A stretch of 64,000 nucleotides of DNA from Saccostrea cucullata (Eukaryota). Where the stretch lies: contig NW_026940735.1 of the NCBI RefSeq assembly GCF_032062105.1, positions 806,001-870,000 on the forward strand, given 5' to 3'. The notes under the pieces are model-generated. The model worked only from the letters and a program-made list of their open reading frames with translations, ran no database searches and was not told the origin of the DNA. Shown here piece after piece: positions 46,414 through 58,358 of this stretch. The position numbers were made by a program, and so were the translations under genes. How positions within the stretch are numbered: the stretch's first letter is position 1; each line of letters begins with the position of its first letter.

Positions 46414-48505
46414 ATGAATCTTTTAGGACGTGTTGGAATGGTTTTTCTTATTGTTATTAATATTTTCTTTATGGTAAGTGTTTTTTTTTTTCGTATAGGA
46501 AATACGGTAATTATTTTGATAATCACTCAATGATTTAAAGTGATATTAAAGATATAGAAATGCTTATTTGAATATAATATTGAGTAGTAAATGTTAAGTT
46601 ATATTTTTTCATTATAGATCGCTGGAATTGCTCTGCTCATTGGGGGAGCGATCATGAATGAAAAAGGTGGAGCATATGCAGCACAATATATGCCTTTGCT
46701 AGAAAACATTTCCATCGGATCATTTAAGATGGGAAGTCTTGTAAAGGCTCTTGCCGGATTTGGAGTGTCTCTCGGACTTTTTGCTGTGGTTGTGGCTATC
46801 ATTGGAATAGCTGGTGCAATAACCCGAATGAGGCTTCTACTTATAATCGTAAGTAAATGCATATGATTTTTCATAAAATCCTGAAAACGCATAGGATTGT
46901 TGTAAAATCCTGAGTTGATGTTATTATTTTTATGTTGAAAAGTAAGAAATATCTTTGCATATTTCTGCAAAGTGTATTTTCAAAAAATATAAGCAAAAGC
47001 TTTCAAATCATAGTGAAATTATTCGCTTGAATTGTAAAATACTCTATTCCATTTTTAATAATTAAGTTGAATTACTTTTTAAATTTTCAGTACGGAGCAA
47101 TCATCATAATAATATTGCTGCTGGAATTTGTGGCTTTGGGAGGATGGTTTACTTTCAAACACGAGGTATCAGAAATTATGATTTCTTCTATTGTTTTATT
47201 GTAATTTTTTTTACAATATTGAATCAACCATTCTTACTTAATAATTATATTCTGCTTAAGATGGTTGCCTCCATCAAAGACCAGATGCTGAATTTGATCC
47301 AGAGATACGACGGAAATGCTGCAAACCAGCTGACGCGGGCCTGGAACTTTCTGTTCTTGACTGTAAGTGTCCTTAAGGAGGCTTGGGGGTCAACAAATTA
47401 TTTTTTTATTAACCACCAGATATAACTTAAATTTTGGGATATGATATCTTACGCTGTCAACTATCATTTGGCAAAGAAAAATTTCATAAATTTTAGCTTT
47501 AAAATTTGATCATTTTATTATATCTGTATATGGAGCTCTTCTACTAATGGAGATCAAAATAGTATAAAAATGGCCACAACCACACAGCCCCGTTCAGAGA
47601 AAAAAATGCCATTGGGCTTGTATCTTAAATATATTTTTTTGATGTATATCAAACTAATAATACTTTCTTGCATTCATTTTACCATATAAAATGTTACTAC
47701 TTTGGAATCAACCTTAAGAAAGTTTCTAAGTTCGATATAAATTTTGTCCCATTGAATTTATTAATTTTCCAAATTTTGTTCTCTGAACCTTTTATTCCAT
47801 TAACAATTTTCGCCTCCTTTTTAAACAGTTCCATTGCTGCGGAGTAAATCCAATCATTCTAGGAAACGACTTTGTCAGCAGCATCTGGTGGCTGAACCCT
47901 CTCAGAGGACAATCCATTATTCCAGGCCATTGCTGTGTGGGGGCGGATCCAAATACTGCCGATTTCAACATCAATCAAATCTGTACCATCAATCCGTCAA
48001 CCGTGACGGCTTATATCGACAGGGTAAGAAAATATGTGGGGTCCAGTCATCCATGTTTATTACTTGTTATGTTTGGTGTCCTTGGGCTAAAATATTTTGC
48101 TAATCAAGTATCACATTTTTTAGACATTAAAAGGTATGAAGCATTAATTTTATTTCAAAATTCCTTTTGTAGGGTTGCTACAATGAGATGTCTAACATTA
48201 TGAACCCATACAGCAGTACATTTATTGCTACTGGGGTTGTGCTCGTGATTATTGAGGTAAGAAAGATTTCATTTTCAAGTGCTCATTAAAAAAATGACGT
48301 TAGTCAAATACATAAAATTCAACGCCTTATATTACGAATTGCGATCGCTCGGCTAATGATAGTTCAGTTTCAAAAGAAAAAAAAGATGACGTAAGTAGCG
48401 ATACCTATTATTAATATAATCGATGTAATTATTTTCCTACAGATCATCGCCGTTGCTTTTGCGTTCTTGATGGCTCGTCAGTTGCAAAAAGAAGTAGAGT
48501 CATAA
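46414..48505 (+). CDS. Tetraspanin B (~269 aa with proximal last exon; ~280 aa with distal last exon)
   Basis: Phase-0 exons 46414-46473, 46618-46848, 47091-47165, 47261-47362, 47829-48023, 48173-48256, 48443-48505. EC2 has FHCCG, PGHCC, C and GCY; four TM segments. Confidence 0.9.
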
Positions 48506-48954
48506 TCCAGGAGAGGGAAATAAACATTTTAAATCATTACATGCATTGAATTTTACAATTTAGACGAACTGGATTAAGTTCAAACCAAAGTCTGTATTTC
48601 AAAGCTTCAGTTTTACGGGTAAAGCCTTTGATTGTTTATCTGTCTGTCTCAAAATGTTTATAAATGAGACAAGAGGCCAACCCGATCTCGTGCAACAGGC
48701 ATAATAAATGTACATAGTGTGTGAGGACTGCCAAAGTGTATTTCAGATGTTTAAGACAGGTGCATGTATGAGTGACGTTTTTCTTTTTTGAGCTATGCGA
48801 AGTAGTTGCTTTAGTCCCAGTGGTATAAGTTTAACTTAGAGAGTTGACTTCTTTTCACGGATTTCAGTGAAAAAATAAAATCTACAATCAGGTGTTTTTA
48901 TAAACACTCTCCATATGCTATGCAGTGGACTAACGTGACTGTATTTACTTACAG

Positions 48955-49050
48955 ATCATCGCAGTCATTGCAGCATTTGGATTGCTGGGTCAGCTGAAAA
49001 ATGATGTCGAATATGAAGTCAATGAGAAAAAACGGGACAGAACACCGTGA
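48955..49050 (+). CDS. Alternative duplicated terminal exon of tetraspanin B (IIAVIAAFGLLGQLKNDVEYEVNEKKRDRTP*)
   Basis: TTACTTACAG acceptor then ATCATCGC, identical to the start of exon 48443; open to TGA at 49048-49050; own AATAAA at ~49219. Confidence 0.75.
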   Translation: MIAVIAAFGLLGQLKNDVEYEVNEKKRDRTP

Positions 49051-50239
49051 TATAATCTAGTTCTTCAATTGTGTTTAAACATTTTTAACATTTTATACTT
49101 GGCAGGGACTTGTATGCAATTTTTCCATACTTTTATACATACTTTGTATTTCGGATAATGTATTTACATTATACACTATATTTTTGTACTTTGAATACTT
49201 TGTATTATACAACTGACAAATAAATGAAATATATACTTGTATCCTTCCACAATTGTTTTAAATGAATTTCAATCTGCAGAAAGTAAGCATTTCCTGTCGA
49301 TCGGCCATATCTGCAGTGTGCTCCTTGTCATAATCGGCTAAACAGAAAACCTCGTAGAAATTATGACCTAACAATTAGTTTGAAAATGTCAGCAAGAATT
49401 TACTTAATGAGAAAGTGTATTTACTGACAAGGTCCTTGATCGACCACAGAACTTTAAAAATGGTGATTTTAATCGAGACTGTTGAGATATCCCTGTTTCA
49501 TCAACTTGTTTGTCAAAAGCTTACTCGTTTTTAAAGTTGATCTACGTTGAACATGTTCTTGCGTACTAGTATCGAATACTGGTTTGAAGAAGGAAAAATA
49601 GAAAACGTAAAAGAGAACAACAGACAAAAGATGGCTAACATTCCATCAGAAAAGCTTATTAGAGCCTTTGGTTGAGTTGAGATAAAAGAGTCCTATTTAA
49701 AAGCATTCTTACATTTTTACCATTAAATTCTAAGAAGGCGTTCTGTTGGAAACCTCTAACATGTGCCTGATTGATTAATTAAGGCTGATAAAAACAAAAC
49801 TATATTAAGCTTGATGTGAAAGTAAATATTTGCAGAACTTGTCAGTTATACACCCTTTTGATTGCATATTTTAATTCTTTAAAGTTTGTACAGTGTCAAT
49901 CATTAGATTACATTTTTAGTTCGACAAGCATTCGGCAAAGATAAGACTGTTACTGCAGAAACATTATTCGAGCGAATGTGCATAATTTATGGAGAGGTTA
50001 GGCTGTGTATTTTAACTGTCAGCCATTCCGACCACACGGCGAGGGAAAAATTGAGTACCTTAGCTGTACAATTTGATCAGACATGTCATTAGTGATCATG
50101 AAAGATATATATAAGCTACACGAAAAATTATTGAGGACCGTTTTCAATTTTAACTTTAAACCCCAATACACTTGATACCAGACTTAAAACAATTTCAGAT
50201 TATATCATACGATATGGCTGTTAAATCAGTTGATTATTG

Positions 50240-50935
50240 TTTGCAATTGCGCCCCGTTATTAGCAGACCTATTTTTGTATTCATATGGAGCAGAACTTGT
50301 CCAAGATCTTGTAAATGAAAAGAAGAAAACACTTACTGTGGCCTTCGACTCGACATTTTTAGATATATCGACGACGTATTGTCAATTAACAACGGTAATT
50401 TCCATTCTATGTCGATACGATATTTTACTTGAAAAAGACGTTAATGGTAATCTAACAACCAAGCTCTATGATAAACGTGATGACTTTAACTTTACAATCG
50501 TCATCTTCCCTTGCTTATGCTGCAATATACCTTCATCACCTGCATACAGAGCTTATATATCTCAGTTGATTCGATACGCAGAAGCATGCTCTACGTATGA
50601 ATAATTTCTAAAACGAGGTAAATTAAAGTCAAACAAGTTGATGAAACAAGAATATCAGCAGTCTTATTTAAAGTCATCATTTCTTAAGTTCTACTGTCGA
50701 TACAATAACCTTGTCAGCAAATACAATTTATCATTGAGTCAAATGCTGACCGACGTATTTCATACTTATTGTTAGAGTCCATTATTTATACACTGAATTG
50801 ACGATTTTTCCGTTATTTCCCGATCATGACAAGGAACACACAGCCATGGCAGTCCGTTTTGTACTGCTCCTATTTTGTATTGTTTAATGGACTTTTGATC
50901 TTGAATGCACTTCGTTATCTCCACGTTTCATTGAA
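50240..50935 (+). mobile_element. Penelope-like retroelement 3' fragment (RT C-terminal half plus 3' tail)
   Basis: NCAPLLADLFLYSY, AGATATATCGACGACGTA (RYIDDV in a shifted frame), KLYDKRDDFNF, YISQLIRYA, FLKFYCRYNNLVSKY. Confidence 0.85.
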
Positions 50936-51386
50936 AAAAACTAAGTCTTAAATATTCTTTTTAATGAAAATGCCCTATTCTTTATCACATGCATAGAATA
51001 ACAGTTGAATATTATCTTGCTCGTCATATAAAATACTCTCATGATATAACTAACAGTGAAGCAGTTGTGTTGTAAACGTTAACCACTCATTAACTTCATC
51101 TTCACTAGGTGTTGATGCGATGAAATTCTCTACATTAAAAGATAAGATACATATTTTTCAATAAGAACAATTACCAATTACCATAAAAATAAAACAAAGA
51201 TTCAAATAACGGATGCAAAATCACCAATTTTAAAACAGCATTCTCTAATTTACTGATGATCCTAATTACTGCTTTTCCTATCATCACAGAAAGTGCTTGT
51301 TTGTTCATTTCTTCTCAACAACGAAACAAGAAGCATTGCACTCTACATGTGTGTATAGACGGAAGTAAAAAAAATTTCTGAAACAT

Positions 51387-54300
51387 TCAAACATTGGCTG
51401 TATTTGAAATAACTATTGTTTCCTGTCCGGACTGGTTGCCGACCTGGTATGCTCTCTGGTTGAGTGAAATATCAGCGACTCTTCCTGATCTCTGAGCGCC
51501 TCGTTTTCGATCCACATCCACAGTTATTTGCCAGAACAAAATCAGGGAAGCAATAATGGCCATCACCTGAAAATATACATTATATAATGTGAAACTTATT
51601 AGGCCCATGTTTATTTTTTCATTTACGTGTAGAGTAGCTTACTAGTTTGACTACGTAGAAAAGACGTACCTCTGTGAGTAAGATGAATGTAGCGACAGAA
51701 ATCACACCGTCACTATAGCTTGTAAGTCTGTCATTGAGAAAGTCGTAACAACCCTGAAACAGTGAACTTCAAATTATTTATATTCTCTGAAGAGTTTGCA
51801 GTTATATTGGTTTGAACTTATGATCAACTGTACACAACATGCATAATACATGTGGTCTTAGATTGCAATTGGAATAAAATATTTCTCTTTTAAGTAAAGA
51901 AAGGTGAAAAAAGATAATCATGTCAAATATTGTAAGGTTTGAGTAATTTAAGATTTTTTCTATGCGAAAGAGAACACATAGCTTATTGCAATGAAACTCA
52001 ATGAACACAATATTTAATTGAATTTTGATGTTAAATAAGTAACAATTTTATATGAGATAAATTACTAATAATTTCATATTTTTCTAATATTGTCTACAAG
52101 TGTATTAAACCAGACAAAAGAAAGAAAAGTACAGTATATTAAAGGTTTTACAGAATTTTCCTACATAGATGTAATTGAATCAGACTGTTGGAAAAGTAAG
52201 ATTTGAAGGTATTATTTCTTCTTACAGACTCTACATAAGCATTCTGATATGTAGGATTTGTTGTACATGCAGTTCCATTCAATGTAGATGCCGTAAGAAG
52301 AGTTGCTTCTCTACAACAATACCCAGGAATGACGTCACTTCCTCTAGACCACGCTGTTGACTGAAAGTCATCTACTCTAGATTGTTTGTTCACTCCACAA
52401 CACTCAAACTACAAAGAGAAGAAAAAGTCAGGACTTAGAATGAACAAAAAAGATGCACAGATAAAAATCGAATTTATCCGATAGTAACAAAAGATAAAAG
52501 GCAATAAAACTCTCTGTCTCTGTTCAGTGCGAAAGGAATAGAAACTTGGAAACATTCATTTTCCTTTTTGCTGAAAATGTAAGTACGAGGGGTGATCAAA
52601 AAGTTCGCAAACTATCTCTCTCTATCTACAAAACCACAATTCAGATTAGAATGAAATTCGGTACACACATAGCCATACACAAGGTCTATAAATAGCATAT
52701 GCTGAATAAAGTTTCTCTCCTTGTTTGTGACGTCACAATGTGAAAATGACGTCACTATTTAGGTCACTTTTGACGAAAAATGGTTGTCTCAGTCGAACTC
52801 ATTCAACAAACGACTGTACAATTTATTGTAATATCTTAGAAATCCCTCTACAGTATCATATAATAATTTGTACACAGTTTATTGAGATAAATGAGTTCCT
52901 ATAAATTCAATTAATGATTGGATTAATCGTTTTAGTGAAGGAAGGCTGATGGTTAAAAATGATACTTGTCATCCTGCCCAGTGAAAGCAAGTTTGAAAAG
53001 ATATGTATTTTTAATTAAGCAATTTGCTATAAAAGACCTCCAATTACCACTTTGAAAAAAGTTGAATATTTGAACAATGATATAAGTATTAAATACCTAA
53101 GATATCGTTTACTTTAGATTTTAAACATATCAGATATGATAAAAAGGATGCACCCATTCTCTATCCACCTTGAATAAAGGTCTCTCCTGAGACAGAAGAT
53201 TTGTGTTTTAATGGTCGCCATGCTTATTTTTGGAAAGGATGTTATTATCCACCTATTCTGTTGCCGAGATATGACCATTTCTGACAAATTAACTGTTCTT
53301 GTCATAAAAATTAACTCACATGGAAAGAAATATAAAACTCGGAAAAATCTTTTAACTTTTGTGACAGAACGTTACGGAGGGGGTCACGTGACCGCCAATA
53401 TCACGTGATTCGCGCATGCGCAGAACGGTGGTTGATGTGCATTAAAATCGGGGAGGATTAATTTAAAATATAATCAACATTAAAACCAAATATTGTTTCT
53501 TGTATGGAAGTTATTCAATTAGTTTGCGAACTTTTTGATCACCCCTCGTATATAAAAACACATATTTTTAAAGGGTAAAAAGAAATTCAATTACTTCTTC
53601 TTGTTTGCATTAATTACACAAGACGTCTACGAGGAAAAAAGATGATGGTTTGTAAAATTTAAGAGTTATTCTCTACCAGGTAAAATATGAGGTTCCATGC
53701 GATGGAGATGACGTCTATATTGTAGCCTTTGTAATAAGACAGCACCTTTAGCAACTCTCTTTTGATAGCATCGTTGAGCTGTGAAATGTAATAAAATATA
53801 CTTACAACCAAATTAAATACTATTTTTGTATTCATATGAAGCAGAATTTTTGCACAATCTTATGTGTGGAAGAAAAAAAAAAGGCTTGCTGTGGCCTTCA
53901 TTTCAACATTAAGATATATCGACGACGTATTGTCAATTAACAGTGGTAATTTCCATTCTTATGTCGATACGATATATCCTGGTTAGCTCGAGATAAAAGA
54001 TATCACAGAGTCTGATACATCTGTTTCATATTTGGATATTTTACTTGAAAAGACGTTAATGGTAATCTAACAACCAAGATCTATGATAAACGTGATGACT
54101 TGAACTTTTCCATCGTTAGCTGCACAAAGACAAATATATAAAACCATAACGACACAGATCTGCACCTATTCTATCGTCAGCTTCCCTTACTTATGCAGCA
54201 TTATACGTTCATCTCCTGCTTATACGGAGTTTATATATCTCAGTTGATTCGATACGAAAGACATGCTCTATGTATGAACAATTTCTAAAACGAGGTAAAT

Positions 54301-56096
54301 TATTAACAAATAAGGTGATAAAACAAGAATATACCCGGTATCAGCAGTCTTGTTTAAAGTCATCATTGTCGATACAATGACCGTGTCAGCAAATACAATT
54401 TATCATTGGGTTAAATTGGGACTGACGTTTTTCATACAACTGTTAGTCCATTATTTATACACTCAATTGACTACTGATTTTTCCATTGTTTCCCGATCTT
54501 GACAAGGAGCACACGGCGGGTGTGACAGGTCCGCTGGGGATGCTTACCCCTCCATAGCGCCTGATCCCACTTCTGATGTTTTGGAGGTCCATGTTTGCTC
54601 TACTCCTATTGTGTATTGTTTTGTGGAATTTTGATCTTGAATAATGTTCGTTATCTCCATAGGTTTCATAAAAAACAAGGCATAATTTTTTTCAAAATTT
54701 CTGAAATTGTTTGATTTGAAATAAAGAATACTTGCTTTGTTTTTCAGCTTTGCCACCTCCACAAGAACCCAGATTTCCCCTACTCCACACAAAAACACTA
54801 TCACTCCATACTGAAATAAATACATATTGCTCTTCTAGTTTTTTTTTATTACTGATCAGAGATAATGTATTATAGTTTACCATTATACATGAATACATAC
54901 TAGCTGCAATAATGTAGCCCTCTCCTTTTTTTTACATCAGATAAAAATTCGGAGAGGGCTACACTATTGCAGCTAGAATACATACATGCAAACATTTGTC
55001 CCCTTGCTATGTTTTATCAAGTGGGATGTTAGATATAAATTCAGGATTTACTTTTGTTTGCAGGCACGTAGCATCGTTTTTGAAAGGGGGGCAACCAGAG
55101 AAAAATTTTTTTATTATTACTTACCTGTAAAAGTTGACAAACAAAAAGAAAAAAAGGGGGGGGGGGTAGCGGCCAACTTTTTTCAAGGCCAACTTCGTTT
55201 CACTTCCAATTTTGTTTGCATACACTACTACATTTCCTTGGTATTACTATAGTGTGGTAAGAAGTGGGGGGGGACTAACCTTTCAATGGACATTTTCAAT
55301 AGTAAAGGTAATAATGGAAAAAAATGGGGGGGGGCCTGTTGCTACGTGCCTGGTTTGTAAAGATAATAATGTGTAATCAACATTTTCTCTGCATTATTTA
55401 AAACGTTCATAACTAATATACCACAAATAGAGAGTAAAAACTACATCTAATATTTATTAAATATATGTTTTTCAATTTCATGAAAGAAATGAATTCAAAT
55501 GCAAATGTATAATCTGAGAGTCAAGAGTATTGCTTAAGAGGATTGATATTAATTTAAAAAGATACAGCAATTTTAAACTTGTATGTTAAAATAAATTATA
55601 AAGCTTCTGATATGTTTGAAAACGGCTTAACATCAACTTACGACTACGAGTACTGGCCGGTATTGTCCACAGGTTCCGACGATACCAGTCCCCGAAACCA
55701 GAAAAGTAAATACTCCAATGACAATGATGACAATAGCGATGATTTTGATGAGGTCTGATAAGGTAAAATCTCCACCAGTTATGGCGTTCAGAACAGGAGA
55801 TATGTCGTCATTAACTAGCCCAGATTCTTTGTAAATTAGGGCTCCGATGATGATTAGTCCAAGTCCTAGAAGCTATTTTTGCAAAACAAGAACTTAAAAG
55901 TAGAACTTATGTCTTAAAAATATGTAATTGAACGGCAAGAATGCAGAGAATATCCTTTCATACGTTGAATATACGTTTTCAGTAGTTTTACTTTGAAGTT
56001 TATTATTGTTCAACTACTTTTACCTCTGCTACTTACAATAACTACTATGTTAAGAATAACCAGAAAGATTGCTCCGGCAGTTCCTAAAAGATTCAT
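51387..56096 (-). CDS. Tetraspanin C (~304 aa, long C-terminal tail)
   Basis: Phase-0 exons 56096-56037, 55872-55642, 54810-54736 (GC donor), 53778-53677, 52408-52226, 51753-51670, 51566-51387. EC2 has FECCG, PGYCC, C and GCY; starts MNLLG like tetraspanin B. Confidence 0.9.
52586..53548 (+). mobile_element. Mariner-derived non-autonomous element in tetraspanin C intron 4
   Basis: 29-bp perfect TIR CGAGGGGTGATCAAAAAGTTCGCAAACTA with TA TSD; residual transposase HTH-region peptide INDWINRFSEGRLMVKND near 52910-52963. Confidence 0.85.
53815..54670 (+). mobile_element. Penelope-like retroelement 3' fragment in tetraspanin C intron 3
   Basis: RYIDDV at ~53912-53929, LEIKDITES, SYLDILL, YDKRDD, YISQLIRY and a structured 3' tail; closely similar to the copy at 50240-50935. 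Confidence 0.85.
54901..54975. mobile_element. 75-bp MITE with TAG termini and a 10-bp TSD (Academ-like)
   Basis: TIR TAGCTGCAATA(A/G)TGTAGCCCTCTCC; GAATACATAC duplicated at 54891-54900 and 54976-54985. Confidence 0.75.
55061..55352. mobile_element. MITE with CAGGCACGTAGC termini and a 5-bp TSD
   Basis: CAGGCACGTAGCA ... TGCTACGTGCCTG; GTTTG on both sides. Confidence 0.75.
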
Positions 56097-57986
56097 GATT
56101 TATTCCGTCCCTCTGGTCCCTCTGTGATTTCCATCTTGGCAAAATATCTTACGTTACCATTACAACAACGTGCATTGGAATTCAACATAGAGTTGTGTCA
56201 ATCTCTGCAACAAAGAACCCGCCATATACATCAATACTGCATTGACAAAATTTACATCAGTACATACATGTATTTGAAATTTCAAATCCACAATATATAA
56301 ATAATGCCGTTTTGACTACATGTTTATACATGCCGTAACTAACATCACATGAGGATGAAATTTCTCTTCTCTTCGATATATACGCTGGACAAACTTGACC
56401 GTCATTGTATGTATACATGTATGTTTACCATACGTGTCTATTCAAGATGCATTTCTCGGAGAGGGTCACACGAACTGGATGATTTATTTATTCAGTTTTT
56501 AACAGTTGTAAATAGTATATTATGAAAGCAAAAAATAAAACCTTACCAATGCATTGTCCTAATCCATTTCTACTTAGACCGAGACAAAAGAAGTAGGGTG
56601 TCGAAGAGTCCATGATTTTAAATTCCTGGCTAGTGCTCGGTCAAGGTTGTGTCCAATTTTTAAATCAATATGAAGTCCAGTAACTCATAAAGCAGGGCAG
56701 GTATGTAATGGTGTTGGACGAAAGCGAGGTTTAATCAAATATATACGGACATGTTAATGGATTTAGATATAAAGGGACAACATTCGGGAACATACACGCA
56801 CGGTCGGCTGCACTGGGGTTCGATGGGCCTCTTGGACATAAACATTTAATTTTTCACCTGTACCACAGGTGTACAGGTATAAAGATCAAGAAGTCCTCCC
56901 CAATAGTTTTTTTTTTTACCAAGTAAACCGTAATGAATTCTGTCTAAAATTTCTGTTACTTACACCTATTGTCTTTACTGATGCTTGATATTCACCAGTA
57001 AGAAAAAAATAAACCGTATAATGAATATCCCACAAAAATTGTCCCACTTATAATGAATTCCTTAACACCCTAAATTCCTTGCTAGCAGAGATATAATGCA
57101 GGATCCAGCCAATGCTCTTCCAAGTCCCTATCTTTAATCCTTGCCAAAGTATTATCTGTTGTCAAGGAGAAACTCCAGACGCACAGAGCTACAGCCTCTT
57201 TTAGAAGAGGTGCAAATCAGGTTTGGATTCTCGAAATTTAAGAAAATTTAGAATAATTATATTCCCCCTAAAGGCAAAAACATCAAAAAATACATTTTTT
57301 TACCTACATTTTATATACCCAATCCTCATAATGAAATATATTTTTTTTTAAATTATAGGTTATCCAATTTATGGTAAAATAGAACTCAGAAATCTTCATT
57401 TCTCGTGACTGGTCTTACAATTGTTTTGTTAAATTCACTCTGAATCTACAAAGAAGAACTCTGAAGCTGATATTTATATGATGCTGGAGTTCCTTATTGA
57501 CAACATACGTCTTTGAACAAACTGTTCGGATCCGTTTGCAACAATTTTGTTCCTTTATCAGCCCGCCTGTTTTTATATTTCTCTGTTGAAATGACAACTT
57601 ATGTGCAATAAATTTTCACAGTAGCATACTTATAGGAATCTATTCGAAGTTAAGTCGTGTTTACTTAATTTTAGAAACTTTTAAAACAGTAATAAATATT
57701 TTTGATTTTTTTCAATTGAAATTTGTAGACGACACAATCGTTCTGTGACATCACTCGTACAACATTGTTGTATTACAAGATACCAAATTATTCTTGAGAG
57801 AGTGTGCCAAACAATAAAAGATTCAAATATTGAAAATAATGTTTTTATTAATGTTGAGATTTTTATAAAAATTAAAGCAAAAAAAATGAATAAATAAATT
57901 TTAAAATACAGCAAACAATTAAGACTTCGACTGTTAATTGCCAGTTACATTTACCCTTAATACCAGAGCGTGTTGTAATTTGAATT

Positions 57987-58358
57987 TCAAGAATCTTCCA
58001 ATTCTTCTTTTGTGATTTCTGCATTGGGGTCTATAGTAGCGTCATAAAACACAAGAAAATCATTCCCTACTACAGAAGCGCTGTGCATTCTGCCATTAGG
58101 AACCTGAATCATGTCGCCAGGGCATAGAATAACAGTTTGTCCATACATGGAAAACTTCATTTTTCCTTTCAGAATCGCGTCTTTCTTTGAAACGCCATGT
58201 GTGTGTTCTGGAAAATTTATTCCTGGTGGAAAATCATATCTTACGAATCTATAACCCTGTTTTCGGAGTTTCTGTTCCATGTTAGTCTGGGTTAACTCGC
58301 CATCCTTCTCTTGATTCCATTTTTCAACCTTTAGATCCCCCGGTTTGGCGTTGTCCAT
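57987..58358 (-). CDS. Small cupin-domain protein (Cupin_2-like), 123 aa, intronless CDS
   Basis: Cupin motif 1 PPGINFPEHTHGVSKKDAILKG and motif 2 PGDMIQVPNGRMHSASVVG; splice acceptor (TTTGCCTATAG) one base before the ATG implies an upstream non-coding exon. Confidence 0.85.
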   Translation of the reverse strand: MDNAKPGDLKVEKWNQEKDGELTQTNMEQKLRKQGYRFVRYDFPPGINFPEHTHGVSKKDAILKGKMKFSMYGQTVILCPGDMIQVPNGRMHSASVVGNDFLVFYDATIDPNAEITKEELEDS

